Source: Elainellaceae cyanobacterium (GTDB taxonomy: Bacteria; Cyanobacteriota; Cyanobacteriia; CAZCXK01). From it: a stretch of 19,266 nt of DNA. The stretch's first letter is position 1, and every line of letters begins with the position of its first letter. A program made the translations under genes and the position numbers. This document shows positions 8,374-16,933 of the stretch, piece after piece. The notes beneath the pieces are model-generated. The model saw only the letters and a program-made list of their open reading frames with translations, was not told the DNA's origin and did not search any database. The stretch is taken from assembly GCA_051117555.1 (NCBI GenBank), contig JBNPEG010000030.1, positions 1-19,266 of the forward strand, written 5' to 3'.

Positions 8374-10782
8374 ATGAAGCTCTCATCTATCGGATTGGCG
8401 ATCGCCCTATTCACCAGCATTTCAAACAGTACTTTTCCCATCGCACTCGCACAATCAACTCAGTCTCCTCAGATGCAGATGAATCCTTCAACTATTCGCT
8501 CCGCATCAGACGCCGCTGCTCCTCAGGCCACTGGCGGACTCTACGTTCAATCGGATACGGAGCAGCGTGTATTTCCGCTGATACACACCGATGTTACCGC
8601 TACGGTCAGCGGCAACCTATCACGGGTAGAAGTGACTCAAACCTTTGAAAATCCGTTTGAGGAGTCTCTAGAAGCAGTTTATGTGTTTCCCTTGCCTGAC
8701 GAGGCTGCTGTTGATGCGATGGAGATCAAACTGGGCGATCGCACGATTCGCGGAGACATTAAACGCCGAGAAGAAGCCCGCCAAATTTACGAACAGGCAA
8801 TCCAAGAGGGTCGCACTGCCGGGCTGCTTGAACAAGAACGTGCCAATATTTTTACCCAGTCTGTTGCCAATATTCGCCCCGGCGAGCAGGTCGAGGTCAC
8901 AATTCGCTATACCGAGAGCTTACGGTTTGAAGATACGGCCTATGAGTTTGTTTTTCCGATGGTCGTTGGGCCGCGGTATATTCCTGGTGTACCGACTAAC
9001 CCACGGGGCGACACCGATCAGGTCTCGGATGCGTCACGAATTACGCCTCCCGTTTTGCATCCGGATGAGCGGTCTGGGCATGACATCAGTGTAATGGTCA
9101 ATATTGAGGCAGGCATCCCGATTCGAGAGGTGCGATCGCCCTCCCATGAGATTCAGACCCAACACAATGGCGATCGCATCCAGGTGCAGCTTGCCGACCA
9201 GGACACGATCCCAAATAAAGATCTAATTCTGCGCTATCAAATATCTGACGAAAACACTCAAGCAACCGTGCTCACCCAAGCCGACGATCGAGGCGGGCAT
9301 TTTGCTGCCTATCTTGTTCCGGCCATTGACTATCCCACTGATGAAATTGTCCCCAAAGATGTGGTGTTTCTCATGGATACCTCGGGTTCACAGCAGGGTG
9401 AGCCCTTGGCAAAGTCGCAAGAACTCATGCGCCGCATGATTAATGGCCTAAACCCAGACGACACGTTTACCATTATTGATTTCGCTAATACTGCCGCGCG
9501 CTTGTCATCAGCGCCCTTGCCTAACACTCCCCAAAATCGGCAGCGGGCGATCGCCTATGTGAATCGCCTTACGGCAAATGGGGGCACCGAATTGCTCAAT
9601 GGCATGCAATCTGTGCTCGATTTTCCGGCAGCAGAGGCAGGTCGGCTACGCAGCATTGTACTGCTGACAGATGGATACATCGGGAATGAAGCCAGCGTCA
9701 TTGCCGAAGTGCAGCAGCGGCTCAACGAGGGCAATCGGCTCTATGGGTTTGGCGTGGGCAGCTCAGTCAACCGCTTTTTGCTGAATCGGCTTGCAGAGGT
9801 GGGGCGAGGCACGGTTCAGGTGGTTCGCCATGATGAACCCACCGAGGAGGCGATTGAGCAATTCTTTCAACACATCAACAATCCCGTGTTGACCAACATT
9901 CAGGTCGAATGGAACGGGCAAGGAGACGCGCCCGATATGTATCCTCTAGCGGCTCCAGACTTGTTTGCCAACCAGCCGCTCGTGCTGTTTGGGCGTAAGG
10001 CAGATCGACTCAGCGGCACATTGACAATAACGGGCACTGCGGCGGGCGGGCAGCCTTATGCTGAAACCTTGAATATCAATTTTGACGACACTCAGCCCAA
10101 TGAGGCGATCGCCCAACTGTGGGGGCGTGCCAAAATCAAAGACCTGATGAATCAAATGTATGGCGGAGAAACAGTATCAGGCGTGGAAGCTGTAACGCAA
10201 ACGGCGCTAGAGTATCGCCTCCTTTCGCAATACACCTCATTTGTTGCTATGAGCGAAGAAGTGCGAGTTGACCCAGACGGCACACGACGCACGGTTCAGG
10301 TTCCAGTTGAGCTCCCCGAAGGAGTCAGCTACGAGGGCATTTTTGGTGCTCCAGAGGCGGCATCCCAGATGGGAACACCCCCAGCAGGTTTTGCTACGCT
10401 TCAACGACGGAGCCGAGGCGCTATGCCGTCTGCTGGGGTCGCTCCAAGTCTAGATACCGCGTTAGAAAATCGTCCGATTCGACCGGCTCAACCGCCAATC
10501 CGTCGCGTCAGCGTGATAGATGTCGAAGGGTTAGATGAATCAGCGATCGCCCGATTAGAGCCCTATCTCCAGCGCATCCAGCCGCCTACAGACGTATCGG
10601 GAGAGGTCGTCTGGGAACTTCGTCTCTGGAATGGTCGGATCGAACGCATCCTGCTTGATGACCGAGCCTCTACCCTTCACGATCAAACAACCTTGAATGC
10701 CATGCGGCGATCGCTCCAGATGTGGCAACCGCCTGATGGGGTAACGGGCACCGTGCGGATACGTCTAAGCGTTAGTCCTTGA
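8374..10782 (+). CDS. Secreted VIT (vault/inter-alpha-trypsin inhibitor) + vWA domain protein with an extra C-terminal domain
   Basis: Signal peptide ending ALA|Q, VIT motifs (VEVTQTFENP, EAVYVFPLP, AGLLEQER.NIF), vWA MIDAS DTSGS...GGTE...LTDG, conserved LWGRAKI and LLSQYTSFVA, then a Pro-rich linker and a ~90-aa terminal domain. Confidence 0.92.
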   Translation: MKLSSIGLAIALFTSISNSTFPIALAQSTQSPQMQMNPSTIRSASDAAAPQATGGLYVQSDTEQRVFPLIHTDVTATVSGNLSRVEVTQTFENPFEESLEAVYVFPLPDEAAVDAMEIKLGDRTIRGDIKRREEARQIYEQAIQEGRTAGLLEQERANIFTQSVANIRPGEQVEVTIRYTESLRFEDTAYEFVFPMVVGPRYIPGVPTNPRGDTDQVSDASRITPPVLHPDERSGHDISVMVNIEAGIPIREVRSPSHEIQTQHNGDRIQVQLADQDTIPNKDLILRYQISDENTQATVLTQADDRGGHFAAYLVPAIDYPTDEIVPKDVVFLMDTSGSQQGEPLAKSQELMRRMINGLNPDDTFTIIDFANTAARLSSAPLPNTPQNRQRAIAYVNRLTANGGTELLNGMQSVLDFPAAEAGRLRSIVLLTDGYIGNEASVIAEVQQRLNEGNRLYGFGVGSSVNRFLLNRLAEVGRGTVQVVRHDEPTEEAIEQFFQHINNPVLTNIQVEWNGQGDAPDMYPLAAPDLFANQPLVLFGRKADRLSGTLTITGTAAGGQPYAETLNINFDDTQPNEAIAQLWGRAKIKDLMNQMYGGETVSGVEAVTQTALEYRLLSQYTSFVAMSEEVRVDPDGTRRTVQVPVELPEGVSYEGIFGAPEAASQMGTPPAGFATLQRRSRGAMPSAGVAPSLDTALENRPIRPAQPPIRRVSVIDVEGLDESAIARLEPYLQRIQPPTDVSGEVVWELRLWNGRIERILLDDRASTLHDQTTLNAMRRSLQMWQPPDGVTGTVRIRLSVSP

Positions 10783-10806
10783 ATACCTCGCTTTGCCGTT
10801 TTGCAT

Positions 10807-10854
10807 TCACTATTTTGTATTCTCACTATTTTGTATTCTCACTATTTTGTATTC
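10807..10854. repeat. 16-bp tandem repeat x3 overlapping the cyclase stop codon
   Basis: TCACTATTTTGTATTC at 10807, 10823 and 10839. The last copy encodes N-T-K-stop of the minus-strand gene. Confidence 0.95.
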
Positions 10855-13535
10855 ATCAGATATACCCCGTCCCAATGATCGGGCGGGGGATGTTTGAGAT
10901 AGCGGCGCGATCGCTGCAAGAAAGTCTTAATGGCCCGATCGTTTTCTTTAAGCCGTTGCGCCTGCTCAAAAATCTGAATTGCGCGTTGAAAATTACGATT
11001 AGAGTATGCAATACGCCCCGATTGATACAGTTCAATGAATTCCTGCATGAGGTCGCTCAAGGGTTCGCGGCGATCGCCAATCAGCTCGTAGATATTGATG
11101 GGATTCGTTTTGCCTTTCACGCACACATGATCGAGTTCTCGCACCCAAACGCGATCGCGGCACAGTTGGTACGTAAATTCACTCAAGATGATGTCACATC
11201 CCTGGCGATCGGTCGTGCCATACTGCTTCGTCAGCCCTTCTAACCGGGAGCTGATGTCTACCCCATCGCCAATCACGGTATAATCCATGCGTCGTTGAGA
11301 GCCGATGTTGCCGGATACCACCTCGCCAGAGCTAACGCCAATTCCGATTTTAATTTTCATGTCATCGGGGCGAGTGCGGTTAAATTCTGCCAGGCGGCGA
11401 CGCATTTCTAATGCCGACTGTACCGACATCCATGCATGATTCTCCAGTGATAGGGGGGCACCGAAAACTGCCATCAGCGCATCGCCAATAAATTTATCGA
11501 GAGTGCCTTCGTAGTTAAATACCGCTTCAACCATTGTTTCAAAGTAGTTGTTGAGCAGTGAAACAACATCAGCGGCTTCGAGGCGTTCGGTGAGAGAGGT
11601 ATAGCCGCGAATATCAGAAAATAAAATCGTCACGTCTTTGCGCTCACCCACCATAAGGGCATCGTCGCCTAGCGCCAGCACTCGTTCTGCCACAGCAGGA
11701 GGCATATAGCGGTGCATGGTAGCTTTCATTCGCTTTTCTTGGCTAATGTCTTCTAAGACTACCAATCCCCCGATTACTCCGCCCTCTAAATTTGTCAAAG
11801 GATTGACCGTGAGATTGACGCTGCGCTCAATGTTTCGAACGTCGCGGGTTGGCACCCCGTGAATTGACCCGTTGTTGCCGTTATGGTCAGGTGAAATTGG
11901 CTCATTCCACAAAAGGCATCGGTCGGGATTAGTGCGATCGCGCACTGCCAAGACGTAGGGTTCAGCCAGTTCGAGTCGATCAGCGTCATCCGTTTGTAGG
12001 CCAGGGACATCTCGCCCTGTTCGGGGGTGTGGAGGTGAGGAAACGTGTGTGGTTTTTGGGGCTCCAGTTCTAGGGATCATGACACGAATCGTGCCAGGAT
12101 GCCGAAATAGCCCGGTCTTCAGACTCTGTTCTGGAACATAGTGCCGAGCGGCTGCGGTTAGACTATCATTGAGCCGAAACTCTAAGTTTTCGACTGGCAC
12201 AACATCCCAAACTAAGCGCCCAATCAGCTTCTGATGCCAGAGCACTTGATGCGAGCGATCGCCCTCCTCGCTCATCGGGCAGCCCAATAGATGGAGCGCT
12301 GCATCGTTGATTGTGACAATCTTGCCCTGCATATCCGTTGAAATGACAGCATCCGAAAGGCTTTGCAACATATCTTTCTGATACTGCTTTTCTTGCAAAA
12401 CGCGTTCAAACAGTTGGGCATTTTCTAGCGCAATGCCCGCCTGAATATTAAACGCTCGCATAAACTCTTCATCTGACTGGGTAAACCCTCCTTGGTGTTT
12501 GTTGATCAGTTGCGTCACGCCAATGAGGGCACCCCCAGAGTTGTATACAGGCATACATAAGATATTATGCGTGTGATAGCCCGTCTTTTGGTCAGTGGTC
12601 GGATCAAATCGAGGATCTTCATAGGCATTGGGAATATTTAGCGTGCGTCTAGTGGAGGCGACATATCCTGCGATCCCTCTGTTAGCCGGAATGCGGATAT
12701 CTACCATAGTTGTGCCGTCCGCTTTGGCGATTCGTGACCAGAGTTCGTTTTGATCAGAATCGAGCAAAAATAGAGTGCTGCGATCGGCCTGCATCAGGTT
12801 TCGGGCTTCATCCATAACCGACTGCAAAGTTTTCTCTAAATCGAGGCTTTGCCCCAGACATGATGCCGCTTTGAGGAGGGCATTGACGCCTCGCTGATTG
12901 CGCGCAGCGACATAAAAGGAATTGCAGCTTTCTAAAATGATGCCAATCGAGTCTGCAAATTCGCGAAAACTGCGCTCATCATCTCGATCAAACGGCATAC
13001 CCGTCCGTTTATTGAGAAGCTGCACCACTGCTACGACCTGTTTTTTGGTGCTCAAAATGGGCATACAGAGGATATTTTGGGTCTGATATCCTGTTTGCTT
13101 GTCAACGTCTCGGTTAAAGAGGGGATGCGCATAGGCATCTGGAATATTGAGGTACTCTCCTGTGGTTGCCACATGCCCCGCAATTCCAGCATTGATAGGA
13201 ACGCGAATTTCTAATGATTCCTCCCCCTGACCTTGAGCAATTTTTGACCAAAGCTGCTCTCGCTCTTCGTCAACCAGGAAAATCGTGGTGCGATCGGCTT
13301 GGAGAATCTGCCCGATTTTGAGGGTGAATGCTTCCAAAATCTGCTCGAGCATTGTTTCCAGGGCTTCGTTGTTGATCATCTCGATCGCCTGGAGGAAATG
13401 CTCAAACTCTTTGGTGATTTGGTCGAGCAGACTGATGAATTGAGGAACGGGTAGATCTTTGACGCGATGAGTCAGGTCGCTCTTGCGATCGACCTGAGAC
13501 AGCGTAGCCAGCATACTGCTAGAGGAGGATGTCAT
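10842..13535 (-). CDS. cyaB: CyaB-type class III adenylate cyclase (GAF-GAF-PAS-cyclase-TPR-like tail)
   Basis: Tandem GAFs with NKxnFxxxDE signatures (NKRTGMPFDRDDE, NKHQGGFTQSDEE), PAS-like LSDAVISTDMQGKIVTINDAA, cyclase motifs FSDIRGYT, DKFIGDA, GNIGS..RMDYTVIGD and SRLE, and a C-terminal WDGV tail. Confidence 0.92.
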   Translation of the reverse strand: MTSSSSSMLATLSQVDRKSDLTHRVKDLPVPQFISLLDQITKEFEHFLQAIEMINNEALETMLEQILEAFTLKIGQILQADRTTIFLVDEEREQLWSKIAQGQGEESLEIRVPINAGIAGHVATTGEYLNIPDAYAHPLFNRDVDKQTGYQTQNILCMPILSTKKQVVAVVQLLNKRTGMPFDRDDERSFREFADSIGIILESCNSFYVAARNQRGVNALLKAASCLGQSLDLEKTLQSVMDEARNLMQADRSTLFLLDSDQNELWSRIAKADGTTMVDIRIPANRGIAGYVASTRRTLNIPNAYEDPRFDPTTDQKTGYHTHNILCMPVYNSGGALIGVTQLINKHQGGFTQSDEEFMRAFNIQAGIALENAQLFERVLQEKQYQKDMLQSLSDAVISTDMQGKIVTINDAALHLLGCPMSEEGDRSHQVLWHQKLIGRLVWDVVPVENLEFRLNDSLTAAARHYVPEQSLKTGLFRHPGTIRVMIPRTGAPKTTHVSSPPHPRTGRDVPGLQTDDADRLELAEPYVLAVRDRTNPDRCLLWNEPISPDHNGNNGSIHGVPTRDVRNIERSVNLTVNPLTNLEGGVIGGLVVLEDISQEKRMKATMHRYMPPAVAERVLALGDDALMVGERKDVTILFSDIRGYTSLTERLEAADVVSLLNNYFETMVEAVFNYEGTLDKFIGDALMAVFGAPLSLENHAWMSVQSALEMRRRLAEFNRTRPDDMKIKIGIGVSSGEVVSGNIGSQRRMDYTVIGDGVDISSRLEGLTKQYGTTDRQGCDIILSEFTYQLCRDRVWVRELDHVCVKGKTNPINIYELIGDRREPLSDLMQEFIELYQSGRIAYSNRNFQRAIQIFEQAQRLKENDRAIKTFLQRSRRYLKHPPPDHWDGVYLMNTK

Positions 13536-13849
13536 GACGGTAGACTTTCAGGACAGCACTTGTCCAGCGTTAGATAGATGATAGAGTCCAGAACACAGAA
13601 AGGGATGTCAAGCGTTCCAGAACGTCGGTCTGACGCTGGCAACGCACCATTAACTGTGCTTAACTATTACGCTACAACGTCTGCAAACGAGGACATCAAA
13701 TCATGAGTCTTTAATTTGAGACTTTACATAATTTGGCAGCTAGATGTAGTAATGACAAAGCACGGATACGCGATTATACATGTCCTCTTAACTAAAATGG
13801 GGTTACAGCGTTATTTCTGATGCAGATTATCCCCATCGCCTGCCTATTT

Positions 13850-13873
13850 AAATCAATCGCGAAATCAATCGCG
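13850..13873. repeat. 12-bp tandem duplication abutting a HIP1 site
   Basis: AAATCAATCGCG at 13850-13861 and 13862-13873, with GCGATCGC at 13873-13880. Confidence 0.8.
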
Positions 13874-13944
13874 CGATCGCACCCCAATGTTTCTATCTGA
13901 GTGTAGTCTGTCTTATCGGGTGCAAAATTAAAATTTGCAGATTA

Positions 13945-16032
13945 TCATCCAGCCATATCAAGAACGCTCACCAGAAAGCCAAACTTGTCGGCAATTTCTT
14001 CAATAATTTTGGTGGTCGGTTTACCCGCTCCGTGCCCGGCTTTTGTTTCGATGCGAATCAGCACCGGAGCATCGCCTGCATGAGCATCTTGCAGCGCTGC
14101 TGCAAACTTAAAGCTGTGGGCAGGCACCACGCGATCATCGTGATCAGCCGTTGTAAGCAGCGTTGCAGGATATGCGGTTCCAGGACGCAAATTGTGCAGG
14201 GGTGAATAGGCATACAGCGCTTTGAATTCGTCGGGATCATCGGGGGAGCCGTAGTCTGATGTCCATGCCCAGCCGATCGTGAATTTGTGAAAGCGCAGCA
14301 TATCCATCACGCCAACGGCAGGCAGCACGGCGGCAAATAAGTCTGGGCGTTGAGTCATGCAAGCCCCAACCAGTAAGCCACCATTGCTGCCGCCAGAAAT
14401 TGCTAACTTGCTAGACGACGTATAGCGATGCTCAATCAGCCACTCTGCCGCTGCAATAAAGTCATTAAAAACATTCTGTTTATTAGACTTGGTGCCTGCT
14501 TGGTGCCAGTCTTCACCATATTCACCGCCGCCTCGCAGATTGGGAACCGCATACACCCCTCCGAGTTCCATCCACACCAGATTGCTAATCGAGAAACTAG
14601 GCGTTAGCGAAACGCCAAATCCGCCGTATCCATATAGCAGCGTTGGATTATTGCCGTCGAGTTCTAAGCCGGTTTTGTGAGTAATAAACATGGGCACTTG
14701 AGTGCCGTCCTGACTGGTATAAAACACCTGCCTGGTTTCATAGTCGTCTGGATTGAAGTCTACGGTGGGTTGACGAAAGAGAGTGCTCTCGCCTGTCACG
14801 AGGTCATAGCGATAAATCGTAGGCGGAGTGGTAAACCCGGTGAACGCATAGAAAGTTTCTGTATCGTCTCGCTGGCCACGAAATCCGCCTACTGAACCGA
14901 TTCCGGGCAGATCTATATCTCGCACCCCAGACCCATCTAAGTTAAAAATCTTGACTGTGGAATAGGCATCTTTCAAATATGCAGCCACAAACTGATGGTT
15001 AAGCAAGCTGATTCCTTGAAGCGTGTCATCGGATTCAGGAATAATTTCGTGCCAGTGTTCAGGTGCTGGATTCGTAATATCAATGGCGATCGCCCGTCCT
15101 CGCGGAGCATGCAAATCCGTTTGAAACCAAAACGTCGTGCCATCATTGTCGATGAAATTATACTCGGCTTCAAAGGTATTGATTAGCTCAACGACCTCAG
15201 CATCGGGCTGGGTGAGGTCTTGATAAAACACCAAATTCTTAGGGTCGGTGCCTTTCCACACTGAAATGATGAGATAGCGTCCATCATCGGTCACGCTGCC
15301 GCCGAATCCCCATTCTTTTTGGTCAGGACGGTGATAGATCAGCACATCATCCGATTGGGAAGTGCCCAGACGGTGATAATACAGCTTTTGATAGTAGTTA
15401 ACGTCTTCTAGTTTCGTGGCGTCGTTGGGTTCGTCATAGCGACTGTAAAAAAAGCCCTGATGGTCGTGAGTCCAAGAGGCTCCAGAGAATTTGACCCACT
15501 GAATATGGTCATCTAAGTCTTCGCCCGTCTCTACATTGCGCACGTTCCATTCTTGCCAGTCTGAACCGGATGTAGACATGCCATAGGCAACCAGTTTGGC
15601 ATTTTCGCTAATGGCAACCCCAGACAGGGCAACCGTTCCATCGTCAGAGAAGGTGTTGGGGTCAATTAAAACCGTTGGCTCTGCGTCTAAATCCGTCAGA
15701 GTGTAGAGCACATCTTGATTTTGCAAACCATCATTTTTGAAGTAAAAATAGCGGTCTGCCTTCTTGATTGGAGTGCGAAATTTTTCATAATTCCAGAGGC
15801 GGGTGAGTCGCTCTTTGATAGACTGTCGTTCTTCAATATCGTTCAAATATCCAAATGTCAGCCGATTTTGCGCCTCAATCCAGGCTCTGCTTTGCTCAGA
15901 ATCGGGATTCTCAAGCCAGCGATACGGATCGGCAACTTTGATGCCGTGATAGTCGTCAATTTGATCAACTTTAGGACTTTCAGGATATGCCAGCAATTTT
16001 GCAGGATTGAGCATGGTCAATACTGAGAGCAA
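13945..16032 (-). CDS. Prolyl oligopeptidase (peptidase S9A; true start may be the ATG at 16014)
   Basis: DPYRWLE, beta-propeller region, YGYGGF, RGGGEYG, nucleophile elbow GGSNGG, Asp motif HDDRV and His motif AGHG. No signal peptide evident. Confidence 0.96.
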   Translation of the reverse strand: MLSVLTMLNPAKLLAYPESPKVDQIDDYHGIKVADPYRWLENPDSEQSRAWIEAQNRLTFGYLNDIEERQSIKERLTRLWNYEKFRTPIKKADRYFYFKNDGLQNQDVLYTLTDLDAEPTVLIDPNTFSDDGTVALSGVAISENAKLVAYGMSTSGSDWQEWNVRNVETGEDLDDHIQWVKFSGASWTHDHQGFFYSRYDEPNDATKLEDVNYYQKLYYHRLGTSQSDDVLIYHRPDQKEWGFGGSVTDDGRYLIISVWKGTDPKNLVFYQDLTQPDAEVVELINTFEAEYNFIDNDGTTFWFQTDLHAPRGRAIAIDITNPAPEHWHEIIPESDDTLQGISLLNHQFVAAYLKDAYSTVKIFNLDGSGVRDIDLPGIGSVGGFRGQRDDTETFYAFTGFTTPPTIYRYDLVTGESTLFRQPTVDFNPDDYETRQVFYTSQDGTQVPMFITHKTGLELDGNNPTLLYGYGGFGVSLTPSFSISNLVWMELGGVYAVPNLRGGGEYGEDWHQAGTKSNKQNVFNDFIAAAEWLIEHRYTSSSKLAISGGSNGGLLVGACMTQRPDLFAAVLPAVGVMDMLRFHKFTIGWAWTSDYGSPDDPDEFKALYAYSPLHNLRPGTAYPATLLTTADHDDRVVPAHSFKFAAALQDAHAGDAPVLIRIETKAGHGAGKPTTKIIEEIADKFGFLVSVLDMAG

Positions 16033-16171
16033 CGTCTATAAACCTCATCCCAGTTCAGGAGTGGAGCTCTACCTGTGAAAAAAACTCCAGATCCCGAGCT
16101 GGACTTGGTATAAGTCTAATTCAATTTGGAATCAGGGTTTTTCATTGTTGCAAAATTAAGGAGCTCTGAAT

Positions 16172-16759
16172 ATGTCAGCACTAACTCGCTATTTCGTCTC
16201 AGGTTCAGCGATCGCCCTTATGTTGGGTTTGGGTGTGTCAGGGGCGATCGCCCAGCCTATGAACCAACCGCTGAAGCAGGATTCTATGATGAACGAGGCA
16301 ACCGTTCAAGTGCCTGCTACGGTTGAGCAAGTCTACGATTCTGGAAATGTCCGCGTTCAGCTAGAAGACGAATCCTATCGAACAATTCCGCTATCAGATT
16401 TAGATATCGAACGGCTCGACCTCGAACCGGGCACCGAGGTGATGTTAACCCTTGAAGACGACAGAGTAATTGCTGTATCGAATGATGATGCAGTGGCCAC
16501 GATTAATATTGCCGATGCAGACGACGTGTCTAATCCATCAGATACCGAAGCAGACTTGGCTGCGACAGATGATACGGACGACACAACAGAGCTGGGAACT
16601 GACACCGAAATAACAGACACAGAGGTGACAACCCGACGCACCGTTGAGGAAGAGCGCCGCGTTGAACCGATTCAAACCGAGACAACTGCCCAAGAACCCG
16701 TGGTTGAAGAAGAACCCACCGAAGTCCAGCAGGGCGAAACCGTTCGCGGACTCTGGTAA
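16172..16759 (+). CDS. Secreted acidic protein: small beta-rich domain plus Thr/Asp/Glu-rich tail, C-terminus TVRGLW
   Basis: SD AAGGAG upstream, signal peptide ending AIA|Q, AbrB/OB-like beta segment (LDLEPGTEVMLTLEDDRVIAV), acidic low-complexity tail and a downstream hairpin. Confidence 0.85.
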   Translation: MSALTRYFVSGSAIALMLGLGVSGAIAQPMNQPLKQDSMMNEATVQVPATVEQVYDSGNVRVQLEDESYRTIPLSDLDIERLDLEPGTEVMLTLEDDRVIAVSNDDAVATINIADADDVSNPSDTEADLAATDDTDDTTELGTDTEITDTEVTTRRTVEEERRVEPIQTETTAQEPVVEEEPTEVQQGETVRGLW

Positions 16760-16772
16760 GTCGTTGCTCAAG

Positions 16773-16798
16773 TCAGGGCATGGTCGCCCATGTCCTGA
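16773..16798 (+). terminator. Stem-loop downstream of the VRGLW gene (putative terminator or 3' stabiliser)
   Basis: TCAGGGCATGG-tcgc-CCATGTCCTGA is an 11-bp stem with one G-U pair, 13 nt after the stop and between convergent genes. No clean U-tract. Confidence 0.6.
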
Positions 16799-16933
16799 GT
16801 GTTGAGTTTGCGTTTCAGATATCGTTTAATTTTTGTAGAACTTACACCAGTTTTCGATTTTTGATTTTTGATTCTTGTTTGTGTAGTCGTTAATGTAGCG
16901 CCAACATTAGCATTTACAGATTTCTAGATGATA

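Noticed and set aside
10779..11243. 154-aa plus-strand ORF following the VIT gene
   Set aside because: Antisense to the conserved cyclase C-terminus, runs through the tandem repeat, and has no recognisable motif.
13536..13944. ncRNA, riboswitch or NtcA site in the long spacer upstream of the cyclase
   Set aside because: No recognisable RNA motif or GTA-N8-TAC site found by eye. A covariance-model search would be needed to exclude one.
13945..16032. Prolyl oligopeptidase as a RiPP macrocyclase or leader peptidase
   Set aside because: Looks like an ordinary housekeeping S9A enzyme. No precursor peptide, tailoring enzymes or transporter is recognisable nearby.
13921..16159. TGCAAAATTAA direct repeats (13921, 16149) flanking the peptidase gene as a mobile cassette boundary
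   Set aside because: Short AT-rich match in AT-rich spacers, with no recombinase or other mobility signs. Likely chance.
16375..16771. Minus-strand ORFs 16375..16641 and 16538..16771
   Set aside because: Antisense shadows of the acidic secreted protein gene.
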